Positions 1 through 9,394 of a stretch of DNA of 64,000 nucleotides are shown in pieces; position 1 is the stretch's first letter; each line of letters begins with the position of its first letter. The stretch spans positions 1-64,000 of the IMG/VR virus record IMGVR_UViG_3300011116_000416; one strand, 5' to 3'. The DNA is from a virus. Below the pieces are notes generated by a model. The model had not been told where the DNA came from. It saw only the letters and a program-made list of their open reading frames with translations, and did not search any database. Both the position numbers and the translations under genes were made by a program.

Positions 1-139
1 CGCTAAACTACTTGGCAGTATTTACTGATGACGCTAATGAAAAAGTCCAATCTGGTATTTGGGGTTTTGTAAGCGTTCAGTTTTTTATTCTAGCGTTTAT
101 TCTGGCGTTAGTGTTTATAATTCGTTCTAGAAAAAAGTA
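1..139 (+). CDS. 3' end of small membrane protein (partial)
   Basis: Open frame ...GIWGFVSVQFFILAFILALVFIIRSRKK* ending TAA at 137-139; hydrophobic helix plus basic tail. Confidence 0.5.
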
Positions 140-203
140 AAACTAAAAATAATTTTGTAGTGTGTTGCAACTTGACATACCGCAAAATTTTTGCCGACCC
201 CCC

Positions 204-224
204 TGTGGATAACTTTGTGGATAA
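204..224 (-). promoter_or_regulatory. Tandem DnaA boxes (TTATCCACA x2)
   Basis: TGTGGATAA at 204-212 and 216-224. Confidence 0.6.
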
Positions 225-360
225 CCTTTACGGAGCTGGTTACGACACGCCCGAAAGTTTTTTATAACAAAATTGTTATAATTAATAAAAAAGGTGTGTT
301 TGTCCCCATAAATGTCAGTGGCTACCCCTATAATTAGAACATAGCAAGAAAGGCTAAAGA

Positions 361-504
361 ATGAAATTACACAAAAACCCTATGAAGCGATACACCCTAT
401 TTATCTACAACCTAAACGGACAGCAAGTTATCTCAGCAATTCACCAACTAGACATTTTTAGTTTTTTGGCAGAACACCCTGACGCTAAGGTTTATCAACG
501 CTAG
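361..504 (+). CDS. Hypothetical early protein (47 aa)
   Basis: ATG after promoter 313 and AGAAAGG RBS; not in ORF track (<60 aa). Confidence 0.6.
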   Translation: MKLHKNPMKRYTLFIYNLNGQQVISAIHQLDIFSFLAEHPDAKVYQR

Positions 505-556
505 GCGTGTCAGTGGTTCCCCTTATAATTTACTTATCAAAAGAAATGGAAAATAA

Positions 557-730
557 ATGAAATTAGAAAAGAATGCAACCCTTATCCAAGCAATTCACGC
601 CCTACAAAACAAAAGTGGAATTGCAGGTAAAGAACCAACTGCATACTTGTCAGGTTTGTTGTTCGCTCACATTAGCGACAGAGATTGGCAAGAAGTCATC
701 AAGAGAATAAATGAAATGGAGAATAAATAA
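557..730 (+). CDS. Hypothetical early protein (57 aa)
   Basis: Follows promoter 508 and an RBS; MKLEKNATLIQ...EMENK*. Confidence 0.6.
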   Translation: MKLEKNATLIQAIHALQNKSGIAGKEPTAYLSGLLFAHISDRDWQEVIKRINEMENK

Positions 731-1033
731 TGGAAACTTTCGAATGTGCCAGATGTGGTGCGGAAGTAGAAAACACCGCTGAACACCCTGAAATTGGTTG
801 CGACTTTTAGTCGCTTCCAAATGTCAGTGGTTAGATGTAAAATAGTTTTATCAAAAAGAAATGGAGAATAAATTGGAACAGTTTGAGAAAAACAGGGTTG
901 CAGATTTGGAAAAGTATTTCGCTGAATTTGGCGAAGCAATTGCAAAAGGTTGGATTAGTCCAGAAGCAATTTTTGAACACGCTTACAATTTAGGGGCGTT
1001 AGGTTGGGAAAATAAAGATAAGGGAAAAAACTA

Positions 1034-1234
1034 ATGGACATTAGAGAAAAATACACTCAAGAAGAATTAGAAGAAATGCACGATGAAATGCTGGATGAAA
1101 CTTATCCACCTTATAAAATTGGATACTCAGATTTCTACGCTTCACAAATTCTTGCAAACTGCGACCCAATACTTTATTCAATTTCCGTTGATGAATTTGC
1201 AGATTTCTTGCAAGAACAGGAAGATGAAGACTAA
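1034..1234 (+). CDS. Hypothetical acidic early protein
   Basis: ORF track; RBS AAGGG; phage-like acidic protein. Confidence 0.7.
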   Translation: MDIREKYTQEELEEMHDEMLDETYPPYKIGYSDFYASQILANCDPILYSISVDEFADFLQEQEDED

Positions 1235-1426
1235 TGGAACCTATAACTACTTTTGGAATTGTGTTTACAGTTCTACTAATAATCTGGGCAATCGCAGAAT
1301 AAATTTGTGGGGTGTGTCGCTACTTGACATGCCCCCAAATTTATGCCGACCGCCACCAGCTCAAATTGTATTAAGTACGATGTCAGTGGTTCCCCCTATA
1401 ATTATTTTATCAAGAAAGGAAAAAGT

Positions 1427-1612
1427 ATGTCATCACTTATTTACGCTTCAGGTCAAGTTTTAGAAAACATTAGAAAGTCAAACAATGACCTTGCCACACT
1501 CAACCCTGTAGCATACGCATTTGGTTTGGCTTGGGGTAGGCTTACTGAAAAGCAGAGAAAAGAAATTTTAGAATACACAGAAAAAATGGCACAAGAAAGC
1601 GAGAGCAACTAA
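1427..1612 (+). CDS. Hypothetical early protein
   Basis: Start moved to ATG 1427, after promoter 1381 and AAGAAAGGA RBS. Confidence 0.7.
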   Translation: MSSLIYASGQVLENIRKSNNDLATLNPVAYAFGLAWGRLTEKQRKEILEYTEKMAQESESN

Positions 1613-2056
1613 TGATAGATGACCCAAGAGAAGCACACGCAATGAGAGTCTATGAAGAATACCCAACGGAGTATGATGATGAAGACTATGAAGAAGACGA
1701 TTGGTCTTGCGTAGAGTCTGGACTCTTTGGGGACTGCTAAGGCAGCCCCTTTGGGTGCCGACCGCCCTGGGAACAATTTAATTAAGAAAGTTTTAAGAAA
1801 ACCCTTGACAAGCTCCCAATGTCAGTGGTACCATTTATAATAGAAGTATCAAGAAAGGAAAAACTATGGTTTATGTATGTGTATTTTGTGAAACTCTTTA
1901 CTCAAGCGAGGCTGTAATCTGTAATGAGTGCCAAGACTATAAGGGTATGATGCCCTTAGAACTTGCTAAGGAAACTTACGACTTTATAGCAGAAAGCCAC
2001 GCTGACTAAATGTCAGTGGTAGCCTGTATAATAAATCTATCAAACAAAGGACACTA

Positions 2057-2263
2057 ATGGAACAACTAGCACAAGAACTAACTGCCCTAATGAACGAAAT
2101 TGAGCAGGAATACAATGATACAGGTATCGCTGTGGGCTATGACCCTGAACTACCTGACGAGGAACAAGACCCTAGATTAGTTAGAATTGGTAATCTAATT
2201 ACCCTTATCTCTACCCTTGCCCCTGACCTACTAGACCCTAGACTAAAATACGCTGACGAGTAA
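2057..2263 (+). CDS. Hypothetical early protein
   Basis: Promoter 2011, RBS AAAGGA. Confidence 0.7.
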   Translation: MEQLAQELTALMNEIEQEYNDTGIAVGYDPELPDEEQDPRLVRIGNLITLISTLAPDLLDPRLKYADE

Positions 2264-2316
2264 ATGTCAGTGGTTAGGTCTATAATTAGATAATCAAGAA
2301 ACGAAAAGGATAAAAA

Positions 2317-2511
2317 ATGGAAAACAAGAAATACAACTTTGGTGGATACTCATTTGGAGATAAGGGCTTGGCTGTTCTAAGCATACAAGTTCTAAATCAC
2401 ACCGAAACAGGAACAAACTACTCAACCGAAATTGCTTTAGAACTAACGCCAGATGAACGAGTAGAACTAATCAAAAAAATTATCACACTAGACGAAAAGG
2501 AAGTTCGCTAA
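2317..2511 (+). CDS. Hypothetical early protein
   Basis: Promoter 2265, RBS AAAGGA. Confidence 0.7.
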   Translation: MENKKYNFGGYSFGDKGLAVLSIQVLNHTETGTNYSTEIALELTPDERVELIKKIITLDEKEVR

Positions 2512-2702
2512 TGATGACACGCAAGGACTATGTAGAAACTGCCAACATTCTCGCAGAGAGTAGAGATGCCTTACTCTCACTAGGAGTTGATGGTGAAATA
2601 ATTTTTGAGAACCTAGTTGGAGATTTTATTGAGATGTTCCAAAATGACAATGAGAGATTTATTGTCAGTAAGTTTGCTAAGGCTTGCTGGGGTGAAAACT
2701 AA
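2511..2702 (+). CDS. Hypothetical phage protein (MTRKDY... family)
   Basis: Translationally coupled (TAATG); MMTRKDYV...DNERF..KF..AC pattern common in phage early genes. Confidence 0.7.
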   Translation: MMTRKDYVETANILAESRDALLSLGVDGEIIFENLVGDFIEMFQNDNERFIVSKFAKACWGEN

Positions 2703-2960
2703 TGGACATCACAATTTTACTAATGTTGGGATACATTCCGCTAATCGCTTGGCTACTTGTTCAGGCAATACAACTTGATAAGTTTGCTAAGTTTATCAAA
2801 GAACAAAATGATGAAATCAAAAGGCTAAAACCTTTTTAGTTTCACCTGCCACCCTTCGGGGTGGTTTGGGTCGGCAGCTCTTTATAACATTTTGATTAAG
2901 TTAATTAAGAAACACCCCCAGAATGCCCTGTATGTCAGTGGCGTAGTGTATAATCTTAGT

Positions 2961-3122
2961 ATGAAAAGAAATGGCAAACATAAAGGCACTGAAAACAAGG
3001 CTTACATTATCGCTATGCGTGAAATCCGTAAGTCTAACGCTGCGACTACCCACGACAACAGACCAAACAGGCTTCGCACACGCAAGGCTGTAATCACTAA
3101 CGCTATCAAGGAGTATAACTAA
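2961..3122 (+). CDS. Small basic protein, probably leaderless
   Basis: ATG 6 nt after TATAAT of promoter 2933. Confidence 0.65.
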   Translation: MKRNGKHKGTENKAYIIAMREIRKSNAATTHDNRPNRLRTRKAVITNAIKEYN

Positions 3123-3427
3123 TGGCGAAAAAAGAACACAAGGTAATTCTTAGAGAAATTGAGATGTTGCCTTTACAGGAACAAATCTATCAAATACTTA
3201 TTGGCAAGGGTATCCGTAGAACCTTTGGTAATAGGTTAGATGTTATGGAATTGGCTGATGAACTTATCTTTACCCTTGACTTTGTAAATGGTGGAGAACC
3301 TGAACAATTGGTTTCTCTAAATACCCTGCCAGAACTAACCAATGGTGATGACGGAGTGCCAGCGATAGACCTAATCAAGTATTTTGAGTTAGATGACTAC
3401 ATCATTGAGAGTGTCCTAACTGCCTAA
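3122..3427 (+). CDS. Hypothetical early protein
   Basis: ORF track; coupled TAATG; RBS AAGGAG. Confidence 0.7.
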   Translation: MAKKEHKVILREIEMLPLQEQIYQILIGKGIRRTFGNRLDVMELADELIFTLDFVNGGEPEQLVSLNTLPELTNGDDGVPAIDLIKYFELDDYIIESVLTA

Positions 3428-3595
3428 TGTCAGTGGTTCAAAGTATAATTAGATAAACAAGAAAGGTAAAACTATGGAATCATGTTTCTATTGTGGTTGC
3501 GAACTAATAGAAGGCGAACTAATTCTATGCGACAAAGACCTCATGTCTGCAGTTATTGCTAAACTATTCTATGAGATAATCGAGGAAGGCTTCTA

Positions 3596-3949
3596 ATGAC
3601 CAGAGAACAAATAATCAAAAAGTATAACATCAACCCTAACCAAACTTTTGACGTATTCTATGAAAATGGCGAGGTATGGTGTAGCGATGACGGTATGCTA
3701 AGTGTATTCCATTGTGGCGAAATGCGTGTTGACTATCAAGACGAAAGACTATACACAAACACGGACTTCATCAAAGTTGGTTTAGATACTGATGATAAAG
3801 TCAGTTTAGCAGACCACAACAATGAACTTTACTGGCATTTGAACCCTTGGTTTATTGTTGCCAACAAAGATGAATTAGACTATGAATACTACATTAGCGG
3901 AGACATTGTTGACGCTATCAGGTATGCCCTTGACCTTAGCAAAAGCTAG
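3596..3949 (+). CDS. Hypothetical early protein
   Basis: ORF track; RBS GGAAGG. Confidence 0.7.
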   Translation: MTREQIIKKYNINPNQTFDVFYENGEVWCSDDGMLSVFHCGEMRVDYQDERLYTNTDFIKVGLDTDDKVSLADHNNELYWHLNPWFIVANKDELDYEYYISGDIVDAIRYALDLSKS

Positions 3950-4014
3950 GGTTTCGGGTCGGCAATGTCAGTGGTAGCAATTATAATTAAGATACACAAA
4001 AAGAAAGGCTGAAA

Positions 4015-4305
4015 ATGGCAGTATTCAATTTCATTCACGATGACTCTCACGGTTGGTTAGAAGTAAATCTAACTGAGTTTCCAGAAGCAAGAAACTACGC
4101 AACAGGTTGGGGCTACATCAACGGAAACACTATCTATCTTGAAGAAGACCAAGAAGCAGAAAACTTTATCTATCACCTAACAACTCAGGGCGAACCTATT
4201 GAATACATTGACAAAGTGTATGACGGTCAATGGTTTGGTAGAAGTTATGCCAGAAATGTCAGGGGTATCCACTATAATCAAGACATCATTAGAGAAGGGA
4301 ACTAA
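4015..4305 (+). CDS. Hypothetical phage protein (HDDSHGWLEV...YLEED motif)
   Basis: Promoter 3966; D.HGWL.V and YLEED pattern seen in small phage/plasmid proteins. Confidence 0.7.
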   Translation: MAVFNFIHDDSHGWLEVNLTEFPEARNYATGWGYINGNTIYLEEDQEAENFIYHLTTQGEPIEYIDKVYDGQWFGRSYARNVRGIHYNQDIIREGN

Positions 4306-4564
4306 ATGAGCGACAGCTATGTTCAGGAACTATTTGACCTATACCACGCTGGCGAAATGGACTTACCAGAACTAATGGAGCAGTTAGAAGTAGAACGCTT
4401 CGATGGCGACATTTTTGATTACCTGTAAAGGGTAGTCCCCTTCGGGGGTCGGCAGCTTTATAACATCCTGGTTACGATAATTAAGAAACACCTTACGATA
4501 CCCTTGTAAATGTCAGTGGTATCCTGTAAAATAGAGTTATCAAACAAAGAAAGAGAGAACCCCT

Positions 4565-4795
4565 ATGTTGTATGTAGCATTTGATGGAAACTATGGCGAT
4601 AGTGATGGTATGGTTGTTGTAGATAATGATGACTTTGATGACCATTTCTATCAATACCTTGACTATTGTAGCGACTGGCAAAGACCTAGTTTCGCTGAAT
4701 GGTTTGAGAAGAACAACCACGAACTAGTCCCTGAAAACGGAGTAGAATGGTCTTGCGATACTTGCGAAGACTGGATAAATGACGTGCAATACTAA
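4565..4795 (+). CDS. Hypothetical acidic early protein
   Basis: Promoter 4511; ORF track. Confidence 0.7.
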   Translation: MLYVAFDGNYGDSDGMVVVDNDDFDDHFYQYLDYCSDWQRPSFAEWFEKNNHELVPENGVEWSCDTCEDWINDVQY

Positions 4796-5014
4796 ATGTC
4801 AGTGGTATCAACTATAATAATACTAACCCCTAAGAGAAAGTAGAGTAATGGAACTTGAACGCCATTTCAATCACGACATTGTTATTGCTAAGTATTCTGG
4901 TTTGGATGCTGAACCAGTAAATTATGCGGTAGAGTGCGAAACCTGCTACGAAGTAATCATAGACCAAGATGTCAGTGGTATAGAGTAAAATAGTAATCTA
5001 ACGAAAGGAAGCCA

Positions 5015-5227
5015 ATGAACGAACAAACAAACGAAACTGAGTTTTCTAACGATTATAAGTTTATCTTGGAAAGTATAAGTATCTGGGTTGATTTGGTAAG
5101 TGAAAATCCTGACGAGTTTAGGGCAAGTATCTACAATAAGGATAAAGAACTTTTACAAGAAGCTTGGGACAACACAATCTCCAACGCAATCAGCAAAGCA
5201 ATCACTTACATCATAAAGGAAAACTAA
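5015..5227 (+). CDS. Hypothetical early protein
   Basis: Promoter 4970; RBS AAAGGA. Confidence 0.7.
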   Translation: MNEQTNETEFSNDYKFILESISIWVDLVSENPDEFRASIYNKDKELLQEAWDNTISNAISKAITYIIKEN

Positions 5228-5400
5228 TGGAACTAGAGCAAGCATACCAAATAGTCTTAGCAGACTTAGAAAACAGAAACTCACACACAATAGGTAGGCT
5301 CTTACAATGGGACTATACAGGTCAAGAAAACGAAGTAATGTTTAGGGCTTGGCTTGCGGCTAAGAACTTTATAGAAAGTTTTGAGTGGGATAGGGCTTAG
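5227..5400 (+). CDS. Hypothetical early protein
   Basis: Coupled start TAATG at 5227; RBS AAGGA. Confidence 0.6.
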   Translation: MELEQAYQIVLADLENRNSHTIGRLLQWDYTGQENEVMFRAWLAAKNFIESFEWDRA

Positions 5401-5520
5401 GCTCTACCCTGGTCGGCAGCATAACAAATTGATAACATAATTTACGAAACACCATAAATTTCCCCTAAATGTCAGTGGGTATCTGTATAATTGAACTACA
5501 CCAAAAGAAAGAAGATAATT

Positions 5521-5952
5521 ATGGAAAACGAAAACGCAACAAGCAACCACCCTGTTCTAACTGCCCTAAATGGTAAGATTACCGAATTGGTAAATAGAAT
5601 TGCTGAGTTGGAAAAAGACATTGAAACAAGAAAAGAGCAATCAAGGCAACGAGCAGTTGAAATGGTTGAGAATGAAGAAAAACTACAAGAAGTTTTGGTT
5701 GAAGGTATCAACGATAGTGAAATCACACACGAATTCGCACAGGCTATCGCAGACATCTTTGGCATTGAACTAACAGAAGAAATTGCTGTTGAATTCACTT
5801 TCAAGGTTCAGGCAAGTTTCACTGTTCCTATTGGTTTTGATAGTGATGAACTTGCTAGTGAAGTTGGAATAAAAACTGAGTTTATTGGCAAGGCTGACGA
5901 GTATCTCAATAACGATTATTGGGAACTTGAAGATTGGCAAGTTTCATCTTAG
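5521..5952 (+). CDS. Coiled-coil acidic early protein
   Basis: Promoter 5470; start moved to ATG 5521. Confidence 0.7.
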   Translation: MENENATSNHPVLTALNGKITELVNRIAELEKDIETRKEQSRQRAVEMVENEEKLQEVLVEGINDSEITHEFAQAIADIFGIELTEEIAVEFTFKVQASFTVPIGFDSDELASEVGIKTEFIGKADEYLNNDYWELEDWQVSS

Positions 5953-6033
5953 GCGGTTCTAACCTTTCTTTTCCGCCTAACCTGTGGCTCTCAATGATAA
6001 CAGAGTAAGAGTAGCGTAGTCGCTACCGCCACA

Positions 6034-6060
6034 ACACCTGAGCAAGTGTATAAAAGGCTC
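6034..6060 (+). ncRNA. Putative H-type pseudoknot RNA element, copy 1
   Basis: ACAC-CT-GAGC-AA-GTGT-ATAAAAG-GCTC; pairings ACAC/GTGT and GAGC/GCTC. Confidence 0.65.
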
Positions 6061-6118
6061 TCCACAGCAGGAGTGGTGTCTTGAGTGTGTGATTATAATA
6101 ATAGTATGAATAATGACC

Positions 6119-6145
6119 ACACCTGAGCAAGTGTATAAAAGGCTC
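6119..6145 (+). ncRNA. Putative pseudoknot RNA element, copy 2 (immediately 5' of tRNA-Glu)
   Basis: Identical 27-mer to 6034-6060. Confidence 0.65.
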
Positions 6146-6149
6146 ACTT

Positions 6150-6224
6150 GGTCCCATCGTCTAGTGGTCAGGACATCAGGTTTTCATCCTGAAAACGAGA
6201 GTTCGATTCTCTCTGGGACTGCCA
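6150..6224 (+). tRNA. tRNA-Glu(TTC)
   Basis: GGTCCCA/TGGGACT acceptor stem, TCAGG-TTTTCAT-CCTGA anticodon arm, GTTCGA T-loop, encoded CCA. Confidence 0.95.
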
Positions 6225-6285
6225 ATTTTGGTCGGCACCAAAAATAACAGAATGATAACGCTTTACGAAAACCTTACGAAAACCC

Positions 6286-6314
6286 TTGACAAAACCCTGA
6301 AATCGTGGGACAAT
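6286..6314 (+). promoter_or_regulatory. Sigma70/SigA-type promoter
   Basis: TTGACA-17 nt-GACAAT with TG extension. Confidence 0.55.
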
Positions 6315-6363
6315 AGATTATCAGCAAAAGTTGATAATAAAAATACTAGTAGAAAGAAGCAAA

Positions 6364-6516
6364 ATGGGAAACACTATTCCAACTGTTGGCTCACAGTTCG
6401 CAACGCAGAAGTCTGGCGTGGTTGGCACTGTTCAGGAAGTCATCAAAAACGCAAGTGGTTCGTATCGTATTCGCCTAGATGTAAATGGCAAGACACGCTG
6501 GACAACCGCTAAGTAG
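6364..6516 (+). CDS. Small beta-rich (SH3/KOW-like) phage protein
   Basis: VGSQFATQKSGVVGTVQEV...RIRLDVNGKTRWTT; start moved to ATG 6364. Confidence 0.65.
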   Translation: MGNTIPTVGSQFATQKSGVVGTVQEVIKNASGSYRIRLDVNGKTRWTTAK

Positions 6517-6533
6517 TTCATAACAGAACTATA

Positions 6534-6560
6534 ACATCTGGGTAAATGTATAAACTGCCC
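6534..6560 (+). ncRNA. Putative pseudoknot RNA element, copy 3
   Basis: ACAT-CT-GGGT-AA-ATGT-ATAAACT-GCCC; compensatory changes in both stems. Confidence 0.6.
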
Positions 6561-6624
6561 ATTTACAAATCACCCTTTATCCTGTATAATTTATACATAA
6601 CCCTAAATAGAAAGAAGATAAATA

Positions 6625-7068
6625 ATGGCTCGTTCATTAGCAGTAAAAGTTCCAACCGCTAGTTTGATTGTTCTCGTAGAAGACAAGATTGCTAGTATTC
6701 AGTCTGCTCTTGCTACATACCCTGCTGATGTAAAGCAGTATGAAGCAGATGTAAAGGCTCACCAAGCAAACCTAGTCAAGTCTGTAATCAAGGTTCTAAC
6801 TGATAACCCTGAGTTGATTGGCGAAAACTATGATAGCCCAATTCGTGTTTCTTATGGCTATCGTGGTGTTGATGTAAGCATAGATGCTGATGCTCTTGGC
6901 TTACCTGAGCAACCAAAAAAGCCACAGAACCCAAATGATAGACAATCGTTTGGTCGTGAGTATGCTACTCCACTAGAAATGTTGGAAAAGACACTCAAAG
7001 TTCTAAAACTAACAACTCAGGAAGAAGTAAATGCTTCTACCTATTCATCAGTAATGGACTTACTATAA
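6625..7068 (+). CDS. Hypothetical phage protein
   Basis: ORF track 147 aa; TGTATAAT upstream. Confidence 0.75.
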   Translation: MARSLAVKVPTASLIVLVEDKIASIQSALATYPADVKQYEADVKAHQANLVKSVIKVLTDNPELIGENYDSPIRVSYGYRGVDVSIDADALGLPEQPKKPQNPNDRQSFGREYATPLEMLEKTLKVLKLTTQEEVNASTYSSVMDLL

Positions 7069-7131
7069 ACCATTGGCTTCCCCTAGTCTTCCGTTCCGTC
7101 AGGGTAAATCGCTAGACTTGCGTTAGCCAAA

Positions 7132-7158
7132 ACACCTGAGCAAGTGTCTAAAAGGCTT
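7132..7158 (+). ncRNA. Putative pseudoknot RNA element, copy 4
   Basis: ACACCTGAGCAAGTGTCTAAAAGGCTT (G-U in stem 2). Confidence 0.6.
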
Positions 7159-7201
7159 CCCAAGTTGGGGTAGCGACTAGATGGGTAAAATAATTTCGCT
7201 A

Positions 7202-7256
7202 ATCCCCTTGTGAAGTCTGGAGTAAAATCCCGAAAGTAGCAAGGGGATTTTTTCTT
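7202..7256 (+). terminator. Intrinsic terminator-like hairpin
   Basis: AATCCCCTTG...CAAGGGGATT followed by a T tract. Confidence 0.5.
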
Positions 7257-7314
7257 GCCGACCCCTTGTGGATAAAGCTGTGGAAAAGTTTATTAAGATT
7301 ATTTACGAAACCCC

Positions 7315-7343
7315 TTGACAATCCCTAGATTATTTGAGATAAT
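7315..7343 (+). promoter_or_regulatory. Sigma70/SigA-type promoter for DUF932 gene
   Basis: TTGACA-17 nt-GATAAT with TG extension. Confidence 0.6.
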
Positions 7344-7385
7344 TGAGTATCAAATAAATCCATTTATCACGAAAGGTGTCCATTT

Positions 7386-8399
7386 ATGGCTCACGAATTA
7401 GAAATAAACGAAGCAACAGGCGAAGCAACTTTTGCTAGCCTACGCCAACCTGCTTGGCACAATCTAGGAACTGTGTTTCAAGATGAAGTAAATACCGCAG
7501 AAATGCTATCCCTTGCTAAACTAGACAATTGGAATGTTCGCTTAGAAGAAGTCCCTGTCCCTGCTGGTTTTACTAGCGACAAAACTTATTCTTTTGTATC
7601 ACGAACTAATCCATTCAACAAAGACCAGACAGACATTCTGGGAATTGTTGGAGAACGCTACACACCTTTACAGAATGAAGACTTGTTTTCATTTGGCGAC
7701 AACTTGCTAGATGGTGGTGGGCGTTGGGAAACTGCTGGTTCAATCAAAGGTGGTAGAGTTGTATTTGGTTCTATTGCTTTACAGAACTCAATTACCCTAG
7801 ACCCGAATGGCATTGCTGATAAGATAGACAACTATCTACTTATCAACACATCTCACGATGGTTCTATCGCTATTCAAGCGTCAATCACACCTGTTAGAGT
7901 TGTATGTGCTAACACGCTAAACCTTGCTCTATCATCATTCAAGGGTAAAAAGGCAAGTAAGCAAACATTCAAGATTAGACACACTCAAACAGCGGAAGGC
8001 AAAATCGCAGTTGCTCGCCAAGCGTTGGGTCTTGCTAACTCTTACATTGACGAGTTTAGCGAACTTGCTAACAAACTTATTCAAACTGAGATTACTAAGG
8101 CTCAATTTGATAAGATTGTTGAACTTGCTTACCCTGCCCCTGAAAAAGACAGCAAGGGTTCATTCAAAAAGCACGACAGCAAAGTTGAACTACTAAACGA
8201 CATTTATGTTGGTCAGTATAACAACACTATTGCTGGAACTGCTTGGGGTGCTTACAATGCTCTAACAGAACGCTTGGATTGGTATAGAACTGCTCGTGGT
8301 GGCAACAGTGAAAGTATTTACGCTTCTGCTTCTGGTTTTGACCCTGTAATCAACGCTGAGAAAAATCGCCTAATGGGATTGGTTTTAGCAAACATCTAA
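7386..8399 (+). CDS. DUF932 / TIGR03299-family phage/plasmid protein
   Basis: PAWHNLG, YTPLQN, WETAGSIKGG, NTSHDGS, TPVRVVCANTL, GTAWGAYNA motifs. Confidence 0.85.
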   Translation: MAHELEINEATGEATFASLRQPAWHNLGTVFQDEVNTAEMLSLAKLDNWNVRLEEVPVPAGFTSDKTYSFVSRTNPFNKDQTDILGIVGERYTPLQNEDLFSFGDNLLDGGGRWETAGSIKGGRVVFGSIALQNSITLDPNGIADKIDNYLLINTSHDGSIAIQASITPVRVVCANTLNLALSSFKGKKASKQTFKIRHTQTAEGKIAVARQALGLANSYIDEFSELANKLIQTEITKAQFDKIVELAYPAPEKDSKGSFKKHDSKVELLNDIYVGQYNNTIAGTAWGAYNALTERLDWYRTARGGNSESIYASASGFDPVINAEKNRLMGLVLANI

Positions 8400-8405
8400 A
8401 CTGAT

Positions 8406-8432
8406 AGACCTGAGCAAGTCTAAAAACTGCTC
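8406..8432 (+). ncRNA. Putative pseudoknot RNA element, copy 5
   Basis: AGAC-CT-GAGC-AA-GTCT-AAAAACT-GCTC, 6 nt after the DUF932 stop codon. Confidence 0.65.
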
Positions 8433-8573
8433 ACCAATTTCCTACTTGACAAAGTGGGGAATTTGGGTCGGCAATTTTACATAATCTTGTTAGATATAAA
8501 AACTTAATTACGAACAGGTAAATTTTTCCCCAGAACTATTGCATTTGTCAGTGGTGGTCTGTATAATGGATTT

Positions 8574-8843
8574 ATGAATGAAGATGAAGAATACTATAAA
8601 TACCCTGAAGCACACGAACTAAAATCCTACCAAATCAAGCAATTTAAGGTTTGGGGTCTTGAAGCACTTGAAAGAGAGTTTTGGGACAGGATAGAGCGTG
8701 GTATCTTGAAACGCACCCCTGAAACAATGTCCTTTATTGAAATGCTAACAGGCATTCGTGAAGAAGCGTGGATTGCTCTTGAACCTGACAATCATAAGAT
8801 ACTTTATGATGAAATGCTGGAACAAGCGGCTATGCTTTGGTAA
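8574..8843 (+). CDS. Hypothetical early protein, probably leaderless
   Basis: ATG 6 nt after TATAAT of promoter 8546. Confidence 0.7.
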   Translation: MNEDEEYYKYPEAHELKSYQIKQFKVWGLEALEREFWDRIERGILKRTPETMSFIEMLTGIREEAWIALEPDNHKILYDEMLEQAAMLW

Positions 8844-8893
8844 TGTCAGTGGTATCCCCTATAATAATAATCTAAGAGAAAGAGAAAACCCTT

Positions 8894-9085
8894 ATGGCAA
8901 ATCTATACAATGTAAAAGTAATCGTAGAACTAGAATACGAAGTTGAGTGTGAAACCGAAGATGAAGCAGAAGAACTTGGCTGGCATTGGGAAGAATACAC
9001 ACAATACTCGTCTGTCTATTCCATAGATGTAGAACATCTAAAAGAGATAGAAGACTTTGATGAAGAAGATGAAGATAATGACTGA
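8894..9085 (+). CDS. Hypothetical acidic early protein
   Basis: Promoter 8844; YEVECETEDEAEE pattern. Confidence 0.7.
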   Translation: MANLYNVKVIVELEYEVECETEDEAEELGWHWEEYTQYSSVYSIDVEHLKEIEDFDEEDEDND

Positions 9086-9254
9086 TTGTGAATGCGACAA
9101 GGTTGATTGTCCTAAACACGAAGGCAGTTATGACTGTCATTCATTCTGCGACATTTGCGAAGGTAATCAGGGTTATTGCCCTACCCACGATGAATGGGAA
9201 GCAGAACAAGCACAAATCTATTTAGACCAACACAGACAGGAAGATAATGAGTGA
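9078..9254 (+). CDS. Small Cys/His-rich (zinc-binding) protein
   Basis: CEC..DCPKH...DCHSFCDIC...YCPTH. Confidence 0.6.
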   Translation: MTDCECDKVDCPKHEGSYDCHSFCDICEGNQGYCPTHDEWEAEQAQIYLDQHRQEDNE

Positions 9255-9394
9255 ACTAAAAAGCCTAATGGCTGAACGCAAAGCAATAGAAGCAGACCTA
9301 GACAAGTTTGAGGGTATGCTAAACGATTGGACTTATGACCTTATCGTAGGTCGTATGGAAATATTAGACAGTATGATTGCGATTGAGAGTTATA

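Noticed and set aside
6034-6060. Calling the pseudoknot a preQ1-I riboswitch or a hammerhead/HDV ribozyme
   Set aside because: Topology is similar to preQ1-I, but the conserved loop nucleotides and queuosine-gene context are missing; no CUGANGA/GAAA core or HDV-like nested fold was seen
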